From NCBI GenBank assembly GCA_041649475.1, contig JBAZNA010000001.1, positions 197,022-261,021 on the forward strand: DNA of 64,000 nucleotides. Reading direction: 5' to 3'. The notes under the pieces are model-generated. The model had not been told where the DNA came from, searched no databases, and was given only the letters and a program-made list of their open reading frames with translations. The number at the start of each line of letters is the position of its first letter. Position 1 is the stretch's first letter. The translations under genes and the position numbers were made by a program. The stretch is from Patescibacteria group bacterium. GTDB taxonomy: Bacteria > Patescibacteriota > Patescibacteriia > Magasanikbacterales > GWA2-37-8. Shown here one piece after another: positions 10,498 through 19,878 of this stretch.

Positions 10498-10587
10498 CCC
10501 CACTTCCTCCCTCGTCTCACGCCCAAGCATCTGCTTGGGCCTTTTTTTGTTGATTTTGTTATGGCTTTCGGGTAAGATACGAGCACT

Positions 10588-13500
10588 ATGCCCGACTTTG
10601 TTCACCTCCATGTCCACAGCCATTATTCGCTTTTAGATGGCCTGCCAAAAATTGACGAGCTAGTTAAGCATGCCAAAAGTTTGGGCATGACTGCCCTTGC
10701 CCTCACCGATCATGGTAATATGTATGGCGCCATTGAGTTTTATGAGCGGTGTCAGAAAGAGGGAATAAAACCGATCATCGGCATGGAGGCATACTTGGCT
10801 CCGGGCAGTCGTTTTGATAAAAATCAAAATGACAAGTATTATCATCTGGTGTTGTTGGCTTTGGATTATACCGGTTATAGAAATTTGATGAAGCTGGCTT
10901 CGCTGGCTCATCTGGAGGGGTTCTATTACAAACCCCGTGTTGATAAAGAACTTCTAAAACAATATCATGAAGGTTTGGTTGCTTCATCTGCCTGTTTTGG
11001 CGGCGAGATTCCTTGGATTTTGCGCAAAGAAGATAATTTTGAGAAAGCCAAAAAAGTGGCGTTGGAATACGAAGAAATTTTTGGCAAAGGAAATTTTTAT
11101 CTGGAACTGCAGGACTTGCCGGGTTTGGAAGGTCAGATGGAGATGAATACAAAATTAATTAAGCTTTCCCAAGATACTGGCGTCCCGCTTATTGTCACCC
11201 GTGACGTGCATTATTTGAAACCGGAGGACGCCGAAGCCCAGGATATTTTAACCTGCATCCGCGACGGCCGGACTTTGGATGAACCCAATCGCCAGACCAT
11301 GAATGCGGTTGATTGTTCAATGGCTAGCGTCAAAGAAATCGCCGGCCGCTTTAAACATATTCCTGAAGCATTGGAGAACACGGTTAAGATTGCCGAAAGA
11401 GCGAATCTGGTTTTAGAACTTAATAAATGGCATTTTCCGCCTCTTGAGCTTCCGGTCGGGCAGACCGCCGACAGTTATTTGCGCGAGCAGGTTTATGAAA
11501 GATTGCCGAAGCTGTTGCAGATAACCGAGGAGGTGAAAAAAAGAGTTGACTATGAGTTGGAAATTATCGCCAAAAAAGGTTATTCTCCGTATTTTTTAAC
11601 AGTTGCCGATTATGTGCAGTATGCGCGCGACCACGGCATTGCCGAAACGACCAGGGGCTCGGCTGCTGGTTCAATCGTTTCTTACGCTATAGGAATCGTC
11701 ACTGTTAATCCGCTGTATTTCAAATTGCCGTTTGAAAGATTTTTAAATCCATTCCGTCCCAGCCCGCCGGATATTGACGCGGACTTCGCCGACGACCGCC
11801 GCGACGACATGATTGCTTATGTCACGCAAAAATATGGTGCGGACAAAGTGGCGCAGATTATTACCTTCGGAACGATGATGGCGCGCGGAGCGGTGCGCGA
11901 TGTGGGCCGAGCGCTGGGCTATACCTATTCTTTTTGCGATCAGATTTCAAAAATGATTCCTTTTGGCGCGCAGGGTTTTCACATGAATATTGCCAAAGCC
12001 ATGGAGCTGGAGCCGGATTTAAAAAAATTATACGATCAAAATCCGCAAGCCCACCGTTTATTGGATTTGGCGCAAAAAGTGGAGGGCTGCGCCCGACACA
12101 CTTCCATACACGCGGCCGGAGTGGTGATTTCACCGACGCCGCTTACGGATTTTACTCCGGTTCAGCGCGAAACCGGCGGTGAGAGAATTACCACTCAATA
12201 TGAAATGCACGCGGTGGAGGCGGCTGGAGTTTTGAAAATGGACTTTTTGGGGATCCGCAATTTATCTATTTTGGGTCATGCCGTGGAAATTATAGAAAAA
12301 ACAACCGGCCAGAAAATTGATATCTACAAATTGCCCTGGGATGACAAAAAAACCTATGAAATGCTGGCGCGCGGTGAAACTATCGGTGTGTTCCAGCTTT
12401 CCGGATCTGGCATGACCAGATATTTGAAAGAATTAAAGCCGGCCAGCATCTTTGATATTATGGCCATGGTGGCACTGTTTCGCCCCGGGCCAATGGAATC
12501 AATTCCCGAATATATAAAAAGAAAAAATCATCCGGAACTGATTGAATATCTTGATCCGCGCATGGAAAATTATCTTGATCAGTCCCTGGGCTTGATTGTT
12601 TATCAGGACGACGTTTTGCTTACGGCTATAAATTTGGCCGGATACAATTGGGAGGAAGCGGATAAATTCAGAAAAGCGATGGGCAAGAAAATTCCGGAAG
12701 AAATGGCCAAGCAGAAAGAGAAATTTTTTAAGGGCTGCCGTGAATTCGGGCATTTGTCCGAAGCAAAAATCAACACCCTGTGGGAACGCATTGAGCCGTT
12801 TGCCGCTTATGGTTTTAACAAGGCCCATGCCTGCAGTTATGGAGTTGTGGCCTATCAGACCGCCTATCTGAAAGCTAATTTTCCGGTGCAGTATATGACC
12901 GCGATTTTGATTGCGGAAAGCGGCGACATTGATAAAGTGCCGGAAATTATTCATGAGTGCGAGAGAATCGGCATAAAGGTCTTACCGCCCGATGTTAATG
13001 AAAGTTTTAAAAATTTCGCCATGATTTCGCCGGAAGACGGATCCGAGCCGCACATTAGGTTCGGTTTAAACGGCATAAAAAATCTGGGCGAGCATATTGC
13101 CGAAGTGATTTACCGCGAACGCAAAGAACATGGCACGTATAAAGACCTGCAGGATTTGCTCACGCGTGTAAATGATAAGGATTTAAACAAAAAGTCCCTG
13201 GAAAGTTTGGCTAAATGTGGCGCGCTTGATTGTTTTGGCCATGACCGGGGATTGCTTTTGGCCAACACGGACAACCTTTTGGGTTTTGTCAGGCAGATGC
13301 ATGAGAAAACCCAATCAAACCAGAATTCGCTTTTTTCAGGCACAACGATTGATTTGTCCGCCAAAGTTCAGCTTAATCCGGCGCCCCTGGCCGATGAAGC
13401 CGACAAGCTGATTTGGGAAAAAGAATTGCTGGGACTCTTCGTCACTTCCCATCCATTTAAGTATTTTGAAAAAATTATGAACGGCGTGCTGACACCGATT

Positions 13501-14055
13501 AAGGACTTGCCCAATCAGCCGCGCAACAGCCGGGTGGTGGTGGGCGGATTTATTGATTCCACCAAGAAAAAAATTACCAGAAGCGGCAAGGCGATGATGT
13601 TCGCCAAAATTCAGGATCTAAGCGGTGGGTTGGAACTTTTGATTTTCCCGCGCACCTTTGAAACCACCAAAGATGTTTGGCAAGAAGGAAAACCGGTTTG
13701 CGTGGTGGGCAAGACATCAGAAGAAGAAGGGGATGACAAACTGTTTGTGGACCGGGCGTATATTTTAACCAAAGAAAACGCGGCTACGCTGGCCATGCAA
13801 ATGAATATCAATCAGGGTGCGCCGTCTTTGCGCCAGTATGCGCCGAATTTTGTCAGTCCGGAAGAAGAGGGCTTTGAAGTTGTGGTCAGCCCGGCCAAGA
13901 TAAAAACCGAATCAGATAATATTAAAAAAATTCTAGGGAGGTATCCGGGCGATAAGGTGGTGTATATAAAAGTGGGGAATAAAAAAATAAAAAGCGGCTA
14001 CCGGGTGGACGGCTGCACAGAGTTGAAAGAAGAACTTAAACAATTTTCCAATTAG
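10588..14055 (+). CDS. dnaE: DNA polymerase III alpha subunit
   Basis: 1155 aa. PHP domain HVHSHYSLLDG at the N-terminus, polymerase core, and a C-terminal OB-fold region. Confidence 0.9.
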   Translation: MPDFVHLHVHSHYSLLDGLPKIDELVKHAKSLGMTALALTDHGNMYGAIEFYERCQKEGIKPIIGMEAYLAPGSRFDKNQNDKYYHLVLLALDYTGYRNLMKLASLAHLEGFYYKPRVDKELLKQYHEGLVASSACFGGEIPWILRKEDNFEKAKKVALEYEEIFGKGNFYLELQDLPGLEGQMEMNTKLIKLSQDTGVPLIVTRDVHYLKPEDAEAQDILTCIRDGRTLDEPNRQTMNAVDCSMASVKEIAGRFKHIPEALENTVKIAERANLVLELNKWHFPPLELPVGQTADSYLREQVYERLPKLLQITEEVKKRVDYELEIIAKKGYSPYFLTVADYVQYARDHGIAETTRGSAAGSIVSYAIGIVTVNPLYFKLPFERFLNPFRPSPPDIDADFADDRRDDMIAYVTQKYGADKVAQIITFGTMMARGAVRDVGRALGYTYSFCDQISKMIPFGAQGFHMNIAKAMELEPDLKKLYDQNPQAHRLLDLAQKVEGCARHTSIHAAGVVISPTPLTDFTPVQRETGGERITTQYEMHAVEAAGVLKMDFLGIRNLSILGHAVEIIEKTTGQKIDIYKLPWDDKKTYEMLARGETIGVFQLSGSGMTRYLKELKPASIFDIMAMVALFRPGPMESIPEYIKRKNHPELIEYLDPRMENYLDQSLGLIVYQDDVLLTAINLAGYNWEEADKFRKAMGKKIPEEMAKQKEKFFKGCREFGHLSEAKINTLWERIEPFAAYGFNKAHACSYGVVAYQTAYLKANFPVQYMTAILIAESGDIDKVPEIIHECERIGIKVLPPDVNESFKNFAMISPEDGSEPHIRFGLNGIKNLGEHIAEVIYRERKEHGTYKDLQDLLTRVNDKDLNKKSLESLAKCGALDCFGHDRGLLLANTDNLLGFVRQMHEKTQSNQNSLFSGTTIDLSAKVQLNPAPLADEADKLIWEKELLGLFVTSHPFKYFEKIMNGVLTPIKDLPNQPRNSRVVVGGFIDSTKKKITRSGKAMMFAKIQDLSGGLELLIFPRTFETTKDVWQEGKPVCVVGKTSEEEGDDKLFVDRAYILTKENAATLAMQMNINQGAPSLRQYAPNFVSPEEEGFEVVVSPAKIKTESDNIKKILGRYPGDKVVYIKVGNKKIKSGYRVDGCTELKEELKQFSN

Positions 14056-15037
14056 GGTCGGCCTTAAGGTTCCGCCAATTTGTAAAATCTTCTTTAAGGG
14101 TATGATAATATCCGGCCACGGCAATCATGGCCGCGTTGTCCATGCAGTATTTTAAGTCCGGATATTTTATGTTGCTGCCGGAAAGTGCATCGGCGAAGGT
14201 TTCCCGCAGTTTTAAATTTGCGCTCACGCCGCCGCCAACCACGATTGTCTTCGGCCGGAATTCTTGCACCGCTTTGACGGTTTTAGAAACCAAAACATCA
14301 ACAATGGCCTGTTCCAAACTGGCGCAAAAATCTTCCAGTGTAATTTTTTTATTGATTTTATGATCTCTTAACCAATAAAGAGCCGAGGTTTTCAGTCCGG
14401 CAAAACTAAAATTATAATTATCATCATTTATCATCGGCCGCGGAAATTTTATCGCCTGCGGATTTCCGTTTTTTCCCAGTTTAGAAATTTGCGGACCGCC
14501 CGGATAGGGGAGATCAACCAGCTTGGCCACCTTATCAAAACATTCTCCGGCTGCGTCGTCACGGGTCGCGCCCAGTAGTTTATATTGCCTGGGTTTTTTT
14601 ATTAAAATTAATTCGGTATGGCCGCCGCTCACCACCAAACACAAAGCTGGAAATTCTATCTTGGAGTCGGCCGCGATCTCCGTAGAATAAATATGGCCTT
14701 CAATATGATTTACTGCCACCACCGGAATTTTTAAAGCGTACGATAAAGTTCTGGCCGCTTCCACGCCTACCAATAATCCGGTAATCAGCCCGGGTCCGGC
14801 CGTGACCGCAATCGCATCCGGCTGGGGCTGGTTTTCCAAAATGAGTTCAATCAGCGGCGTAATTTTTTCCGCATGCGCCCGGCCGGCGATTTCCGGCACC
14901 ACCCCGCCGTATTTTTTGTGAATGTCAATTTGCGAAGCGGTTTTTTCCGATACCACAACGCAACCTTGGCTTGAACAATTGAGCAAGGCCACCGAAGTAT
15001 CGTCACAGGAACTTTCTATACCAAGAATAAGCATATT
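14036..15037 (-). CDS. tsaD: tRNA N6-adenosine threonylcarbamoyltransferase TsaD
   Basis: MLILGIESSCDDTSVAL is the canonical TsaD/Kae1 N-terminus, with metal-binding His motifs. The ORF track extends the start to 15151, but that 38-aa extension runs into the G+C-rich cassette and is judged spurious. Confidence 0.8.
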   Translation of the reverse strand, partial: NMLILGIESSCDDTSVALLNCSSQGCVVVSEKTASQIDIHKKYGGVVPEIAGRAHAEKITPLIELILENQPQPDAIAVTAGPGLITGLLVGVEAARTLSYALKIPVVAVNHIEGHIYSTEIAADSKIEFPALCLVVSGGHTELILIKKPRQYKLLGATRDDAAGECFDKVAKLVDLPYPGGPQISKLGKNGNPQAIKFPRPMINDDNYNFSFAGLKTSALYWLRDHKINKKITLEDFCASLEQAIVDVLVSKTVKAVQEFRPKTIVVGGGVSANLKLRETFADALSGSNIKYPDLKYCMDNAAMIAVAGYYHTLKEDFTNWRNLKADPNWKIV

Positions 15038-15117
15038 TTTCGCAATACCGAATTTCCTATTTAGAAACTCGGTATTACGGAGGAAGACGTGTGTCTTCCT
15101 CGACTCCTTATGTCTCC

Positions 15118-15576
15118 TTATGGCCAGTTGAGTTCCGCCGGCATAGGCCAATCACTGGCGTCGAAACTCACGAATCCCGGCGTCCATTTGAACTTGGACG
15201 CTTCTCCCGGACCAGAAGTGCCCGTGAGCTCGTGAATTTTTTTAGAACTGAGCACCTTGAGCGGCGACATCTCTTTCGGCTCCGGGCTATCGATAGTGGC
15301 CTGGAGAGAATAACCAATCCCTTTCGTGGGATTGTAGAGGAGAAGTTGCGTGGCGACTTTTGCCCGTTTGTGCTCAAGGCAGTCCCACACCATCTTCAAG
15401 AGCGGCTTCTCCACTACGACCACAGGTTCATTATCCTCTGCAGTCAGAGCTGGGAATACACCCATCAGTCCGTGTTCGATCAGCAGTAGGTAACCGTACC
15501 GAAGCTGCCATCCGCTCAGATCCTTTTCGAAGATGCTTCCCAGCGCCGGTCCTTGTTTGCTCATGGTTTCCTCCAA
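15118..15576 (-). CDS. hypothetical protein, compositionally foreign (G+C-rich cassette b)
   Basis: 152 aa (MEETMSKQGPALGSIF...). RBS GGAGG, then 5 nt, then ATG. Starts 21 nt after the 3' end of tRNA-Met and is followed by a perfect hairpin GAGGAAGAC-GTGT-GTCTTCCTC (15080..15101). Confidence 0.5.
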   Translation of the reverse strand: MEETMSKQGPALGSIFEKDLSGWQLRYGYLLLIEHGLMGVFPALTAEDNEPVVVVEKPLLKMVWDCLEHKRAKVATQLLLYNPTKGIGYSLQATIDSPEPKEMSPLKVLSSKKIHELTGTSGPGEASKFKWTPGFVSFDASDWPMPAELNWP

Positions 15577-15597
15577 GATCGAGATCGTTTTCCCGAG

Positions 15598-15671
15598 TGT
15601 CAGGGGAGGGAGTCGGACCCTCGACCTTAGGGTTATGAATCCTACGCTCTTACCAACTGAGCTACCCTGAC
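15598..15671 (-). tRNA. tRNA-Met (anticodon CAT; elongator versus initiator not resolved)
   Basis: Hand-folded cloverleaf: acceptor GTCAGGG/CCCTGAC, D-arm GCTC-AGTTGGTAA-GAGC, anticodon loop TTCATAA, T-arm GAGGG-TCCGACT-CCCTC. TTGACT-N17-TATACT promoter upstream on the minus strand. Confidence 0.8.
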
Positions 15672-15755
15672 ATTACCGAAAGTATACAAAAAAAAATGGC
15701 TTTAGTCAATGTTGATTTTGGCTCTGTTCTGTGATAGTGTAAATTCAATAATTTT

Positions 15756-16796
15756 GTGATTATGTTGGAAAAAAGGCCTTATGAAAACTCAATACCGCTT
15801 GTCGGCCAGAATCGGCCGTCTTTTGCTGTGGAAAAAGTTGTTTTGGGGCAGAAAAGAGAAGCCAGGGAGTGTTTGAGACGCTGTTATGAATATCGCGACA
15901 GCAAGGGTGAATTTATCGCCCAGGGGTTGGTTGATGTAAATGCCAAACCGTTTCCTATTGAATCGCCGGATCCAAAGCTTGGATTTTACAACGGCTGGAA
16001 GCTGGAGTCCTTTATTATTATATCCAAAGAAGGAAAAAAGCGTGACGTATTAAAAAATTTAAACAAAGACGGCCAGCCGCTGCCGGATATAGTCATAGAC
16101 GATTTGGTGGAGCAATGTGGGTATATCAATGAACCAAAAAAGATGATAGTCGTGCCGCCGCTTAAGTCCGCCAAAGAAATTGAAGAGTTGGTGCATGAAA
16201 ATATGCACGCACAACAGGATAATAACAGCCATTTTAAACCACTTTTGGATTTGTATGAATGGTCGGAGATGGATGCCGGTGCGCTTGGCGAGGCGGAAGT
16301 GGAAAAACGGTTGCGTGAAATTTTGCGGGCGGTTTCCCATTTTGGCGAAGCAAAAAAGTTTGCCAAGCAATTGAAGGATGATGTTACTTTTTTTGAAGGC
16401 GCACTGCGGTCTGGCAAAGTGCCGGCCTCTGAAGTGCCAAAGATGATGGAAGAGCGGGTCAAACGGATACAAAAAATGTTTTCTTTACCAATGCAGATAT
16501 GTGAGATAGACGCCGAAGACGGGGGATTAAAAGGGTTGGAAGAAATTAAAGAAACCATAGGCGCTGATTTTTTGGCGCCGTTTATCTGGACACCGTCAGT
16601 GATTGCCGACACCCCGCACTCCAGAGCGCTGGACGCGGAAGAAGAAAACCGCTTTGAGGTGTTGGGAACATCTGATTTATACGAGCAAAAGAAAAAATTT
16701 GAGCACGGCAAGCCGTCAGTCACCAGTGTGCCGGCGATTGTCAAAATGTATCTTGAATCCGTGGGCGCTTTGCCGGCGCCATGGGAAAAAGGTTGA
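15756..16796 (+). CDS. hypothetical protein
   Basis: 346-aa ORF with host-like composition; no recognisable motif. Confidence 0.45.
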   Translation: MIMLEKRPYENSIPLVGQNRPSFAVEKVVLGQKREARECLRRCYEYRDSKGEFIAQGLVDVNAKPFPIESPDPKLGFYNGWKLESFIIISKEGKKRDVLKNLNKDGQPLPDIVIDDLVEQCGYINEPKKMIVVPPLKSAKEIEELVHENMHAQQDNNSHFKPLLDLYEWSEMDAGALGEAEVEKRLREILRAVSHFGEAKKFAKQLKDDVTFFEGALRSGKVPASEVPKMMEERVKRIQKMFSLPMQICEIDAEDGGLKGLEEIKETIGADFLAPFIWTPSVIADTPHSRALDAEEENRFEVLGTSDLYEQKKKFEHGKPSVTSVPAIVKMYLESVGALPAPWEKG

Positions 16797-16834
16797 CTTT
16801 CACCGAATTTTCTGGTATCATAATGCCGCACTAT

Positions 16835-16909
16835 GGCCCCATCGTCTAGTGGTTAGGACATCTCGCTTTCAATGAGAAAACACGGGTCCGATTCCCGTTG
16901 GGGCTACCA
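16835..16909 (+). tRNA. tRNA-Glu (anticodon TTC), CCA encoded
   Basis: GGCCCCATCGTCTAGTGGTTAGGAC... matches the bacterial tRNA-Glu pattern. Anticodon stem TCTCG/TGAGA with loop CTTTCAA, T-arm ACGGG-TCCGATT-CCCGT, discriminator A plus CCA. Confidence 0.8.
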
Positions 16910-16912
16910 ATA

Positions 16913-16944
16913 CAAAAGATTCCGGAGAACCGGAATCTTTTGTT
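16913..16944. terminator. bidirectional terminator AAAAGATTCCGG-AGAA-CCGGAATCTTTT
   Basis: Perfect 12-bp inverted repeat with A/T runs on both sides, between tRNA-Glu (+) and the convergent lipoprotein gene (-). Confidence 0.6.
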
Positions 16945-16955
16945 ACGGGCGATGG

Positions 16956-17666
16956 CTAGAGGCCGAGCTTTGTTTTACAAGTTTTCGTAATAGCTTCTTT
17001 TGTCACACCGTATTTTGCCGCAAGCATATACCAATAATTATACAATCTTTGGGCATTTAACATGGCTACAAAAATATTATGGGAACGAACGTCGGCCGAT
17101 TGGGCCAGCTCCAGCATTTTTTGACACTCTCCGGTTGTCACTGTCCCGCCCAGATTAAACGGTTCATCAATTCTCATCATGACAAGTGCCTGACATTCCG
17201 CTCCTTCCACCAAGTTAATGCTAAGGGCCAGTTTGTCCTTTGTAACTACCATGATATTACCCGACAACGCTATCTTGTAACCGTGTTTTTTAAAGGCGTT
17301 TTCCAGTTTCGCTGTTGTCGGTTTGATTTTGACAACATACATTAGGGCATCTCCGACCTGATCGCCTTGTCCGATATTGGCGGAAAAAATTATTTCACCG
17401 CCGGCTTCGCTGTAAATTGATTTTAATTCTTTGGCCAACCCATTGGGAACCTCTGCTTCTGTGGCTGAATTGCACATATCCCCGGAATCTTTGTTATCAT
17501 CCGGCGGTTCCGTCGCAGTGCTGTTCGGAGACTGTTGGTTGACAGCCGGCGGGTAAATGTTCTCCTGCTTTGAATTTTGAGCGGGACTTTTATTAATACA
17601 TCCGGCGCCGGTTAAAATCAAAATACTGCCTAAAACAAACGCAATACCAAGAATTTTTTTGTTCAT
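16956..17666 (-). CDS. putative lipoprotein
   Basis: Signal peptide ending in the lipobox-like LTGAGC; 236 aa. Confidence 0.5.
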   Translation of the reverse strand: MNKKILGIAFVLGSILILTGAGCINKSPAQNSKQENIYPPAVNQQSPNSTATEPPDDNKDSGDMCNSATEAEVPNGLAKELKSIYSEAGGEIIFSANIGQGDQVGDALMYVVKIKPTTAKLENAFKKHGYKIALSGNIMVVTKDKLALSINLVEGAECQALVMMRIDEPFNLGGTVTTGECQKMLELAQSADVRSHNIFVAMLNAQRLYNYWYMLAAKYGVTKEAITKTCKTKLGL

Positions 17667-17840
17667 ATTTGAAATTAGTGCATTAATAAATTTAGCAAGG
17701 AAAATTTTTGGCTGATATAATTATATCATTTTATGTTAAGAATAACAAAAATCGTCTACAAACCAAACTCCACCCATAAGGTGGAGTTTGTGATATAATA
17801 CAAATATCAATAATTTAATTTTTTATTCTTAACAAACACT

Positions 17841-18013
17841 ATGACCAAACATCAAGGCGTCTCAAGCGGAATCTACGGCCTGGCATTCATCGGCGCTCTT
17901 ATTTATTATATCCAACACGCCACCACATTCTGGATGGGCGTGCTGGGATTTTTGAAGGCCCTGGTTTGGCCGGCATTTTTGATTTATAAATTGTTGGAAT
18001 TTTTACACATGTA
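17841..18013 (+). CDS. small hydrophobic protein (57 aa, two predicted TM helices)
   Basis: MTKHQGVSSGIYGLAFIGALIYYIQHATTFWMGVLGFLKALVWPAFLIYKLLEFLHM. Below the ORF-track size cutoff. An extended -10 TGtgaTATAAT lies upstream, and a hairpin terminator at 18020..18055 is shared with the convergent gene. Confidence 0.3.
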
Positions 18014-18073
18014 AATATAAAGATCCTGTTGCTTCGCAAGCAGGATCTCTTTTTCTCCTTTCACATTATCCTT

Positions 18074-18400
18074 TCACAGGACCACTTCTTCGTAGTAGTC
18101 GGCCCGCTCGTGGCTAGCGTAGGGGCTTGATTTGGCATCCTTGAGCGCAGCTGCGGCGAACGGTTCGTCTATGGTGACCTCGGCAACGTTCTCGCACTTG
18201 GCGATCAACAGCTGACAACCATCACAGCCGAATCCGGTCACGGTTGCCAGAACCAGCGCCTCCTTGATCTTCGGTACCCGGCCCTCTTTGCGGATGGCTT
18301 CGGCCACATCGGCCGCGTTTTCTCCACCGCAGTCGGTCCAGAACTTGAAAACAACCTCATCACCCTTGCGCACACTAACGAGTCCGGTTTTTCCGTGCAT
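18074..18400 (-). CDS. hypothetical Cys-containing protein, compositionally foreign (G+C-rich cassette c)
   Basis: 108 aa with four Cys (C..., GCDGC, KC). AAGGAGG RBS with 7-nt spacer begins immediately after the TAA stop of the upstream FAD-oxidase gene. A hairpin terminator follows. Confidence 0.5.
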   Translation of the reverse strand: MHGKTGLVSVRKGDEVVFKFWTDCGGENAADVAEAIRKEGRVPKIKEALVLATVTGFGCDGCQLLIAKCENVAEVTIDEPFAAAALKDAKSSPYASHERADYYEEVVL

Positions 18401-18411
18401 ATCACCCCTCC

Positions 18412-19713
18412 TTAGGTAACTTTACATGTTTTTTCATAAAGATCAAGAAAAATATCCTCCGGGTCAGTTTTCTTTTTAACCGCGTAATAATTATCTTTGT
18501 TCCAGGTTTTCCAAAAGTCATCTTCCGAATAATAGTTGGTGGAAATCAAGGTTTTGATGCCGCCAATAGCCATCAATTCTTCCTCAAACATTTTGTAATA
18601 GTTTTTGTCCGGCCGTTTTGGCAGTCCGTAGATGGCCAGATCTAAAAACAACTCGTCTTTCATTTTTTCAAAAAATTCTCCGGAAATCCATTCATAATGC
18701 CGGGCAATTTTATAAGGCACGCACCATAAAGGGAAAAAATTTATCTCTTTTTCATACCATTTCATAAAATTTTCACCTTCAGAAAACGGGATGAAGGTGT
18801 CAACCGTTACTGGTATCTTATCAGCCGGGATAACTTTGCGAAATTTTTGCACCAGTTTTAATAAGCTTGAAGAATTAATAAATTTACCAAAAAACAAACG
18901 TCCCAGAAATGATTTTGGGGTGACATTGGTCACACCTTTGTCATAGCGGAAAAAATAATCAATGGTTTTAAGATAATCTTCTTTTCGTATTTTTGTGCTT
19001 TTATAATATACCCTCATCCAGTCATAACTGTGGGTGTAGGGCGCCGTGTCAACAAAATTTCCTGTACTTAATACTAACTCGGTGGGGGAATGGATTATAC
19101 CATCCATAAAATCAACATCTTTTTTGGTGTAGTGATCCCAGATGGTAGCTTTATACTCCTTAATATCCACACATTTTTGATAAGTGACTTTAACAAACGG
19201 CTTGGCCGGAACCAATCTGAATTTGAGTTTAGCCAGAAGGCCCAAAGTGCCAAAGGTGCCGTGTATCATTTGAAATAATAAACTGTTGTCATTATCCGGA
19301 GAGCAGGTCAGAACCTCGCCTTGCGCGGTAATAATCTCATATTCCAGACAAGTGTCGTGGAAACCCCCATATTTGTATGACATTGATTCTAATGAACAGC
19401 CGGAAACCGCGCCACCGATGGTAATTGTTTTCAGTTCCGGTACAACAATCGGCACCAGGCCATATTTCAGAGTGGCTGTTGCCAAATCTACAAAAGTTAC
19501 GCCTGATTCGGCAACACAAGTCCGCGCATCAGGGTCAATACTGATAATTTCATTTAAATCACTGATGTCAATTTCTTCATTCCAGTATTTCTGTTCTTCA
19601 GGTTTGGGCACTACATGAGAAACCGCTTTCTTTTTAAATAATACCGGCTTGCCGTTTTTGTGCGCTTTCAGCTGTCCGGCAATTCTTTCAATTTTTTGTG
19701 CATGAGTTATCAT
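18412..19713 (-). CDS. FAD-binding oxidoreductase (PCMH-type FAD-binding domain; DHCR24/alditol-oxidase-like)
   Basis: 433 aa with an FAD-binding segment ...TIGGAVSGCSLES... and a substrate-domain C-terminus. Confidence 0.65.
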   Translation of the reverse strand: MITHAQKIERIAGQLKAHKNGKPVLFKKKAVSHVVPKPEEQKYWNEEIDISDLNEIISIDPDARTCVAESGVTFVDLATATLKYGLVPIVVPELKTITIGGAVSGCSLESMSYKYGGFHDTCLEYEIITAQGEVLTCSPDNDNSLLFQMIHGTFGTLGLLAKLKFRLVPAKPFVKVTYQKCVDIKEYKATIWDHYTKKDVDFMDGIIHSPTELVLSTGNFVDTAPYTHSYDWMRVYYKSTKIRKEDYLKTIDYFFRYDKGVTNVTPKSFLGRLFFGKFINSSSLLKLVQKFRKVIPADKIPVTVDTFIPFSEGENFMKWYEKEINFFPLWCVPYKIARHYEWISGEFFEKMKDELFLDLAIYGLPKRPDKNYYKMFEEELMAIGGIKTLISTNYYSEDDFWKTWNKDNYYAVKKKTDPEDIFLDLYEKTCKVT

Positions 19714-19878
19714 ATTTTTGATAACTTATCTTAGCAAAATTTTTCATTCTTAGCAAACTATAGGGAAGTTATCCACATCTCCTCAAAAAAAGTACGAAAT
19801 GTGCTATAATATACATAATTAATTAATTGCCGGGGTACTTGATTTTTTTAAGTATCCGCTGGCTATAGCAAGATACAT

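Noticed and set aside
10042-10623. 193-aa and 115-aa antisense ORFs overlapping cassette a
   Set aside because: G+C-rich DNA yields long open frames on every strand. They have no RBS and are low-complexity R/G/L/P-rich. The sense ORF has the RBS, promoter and terminator.
14036-15151. N-terminal 38-aa extension of tsaD in the ORF track
   Set aside because: The extension runs into the foreign cassette and its hairpins. The canonical TsaD N-terminus begins at the internal Met (15037).
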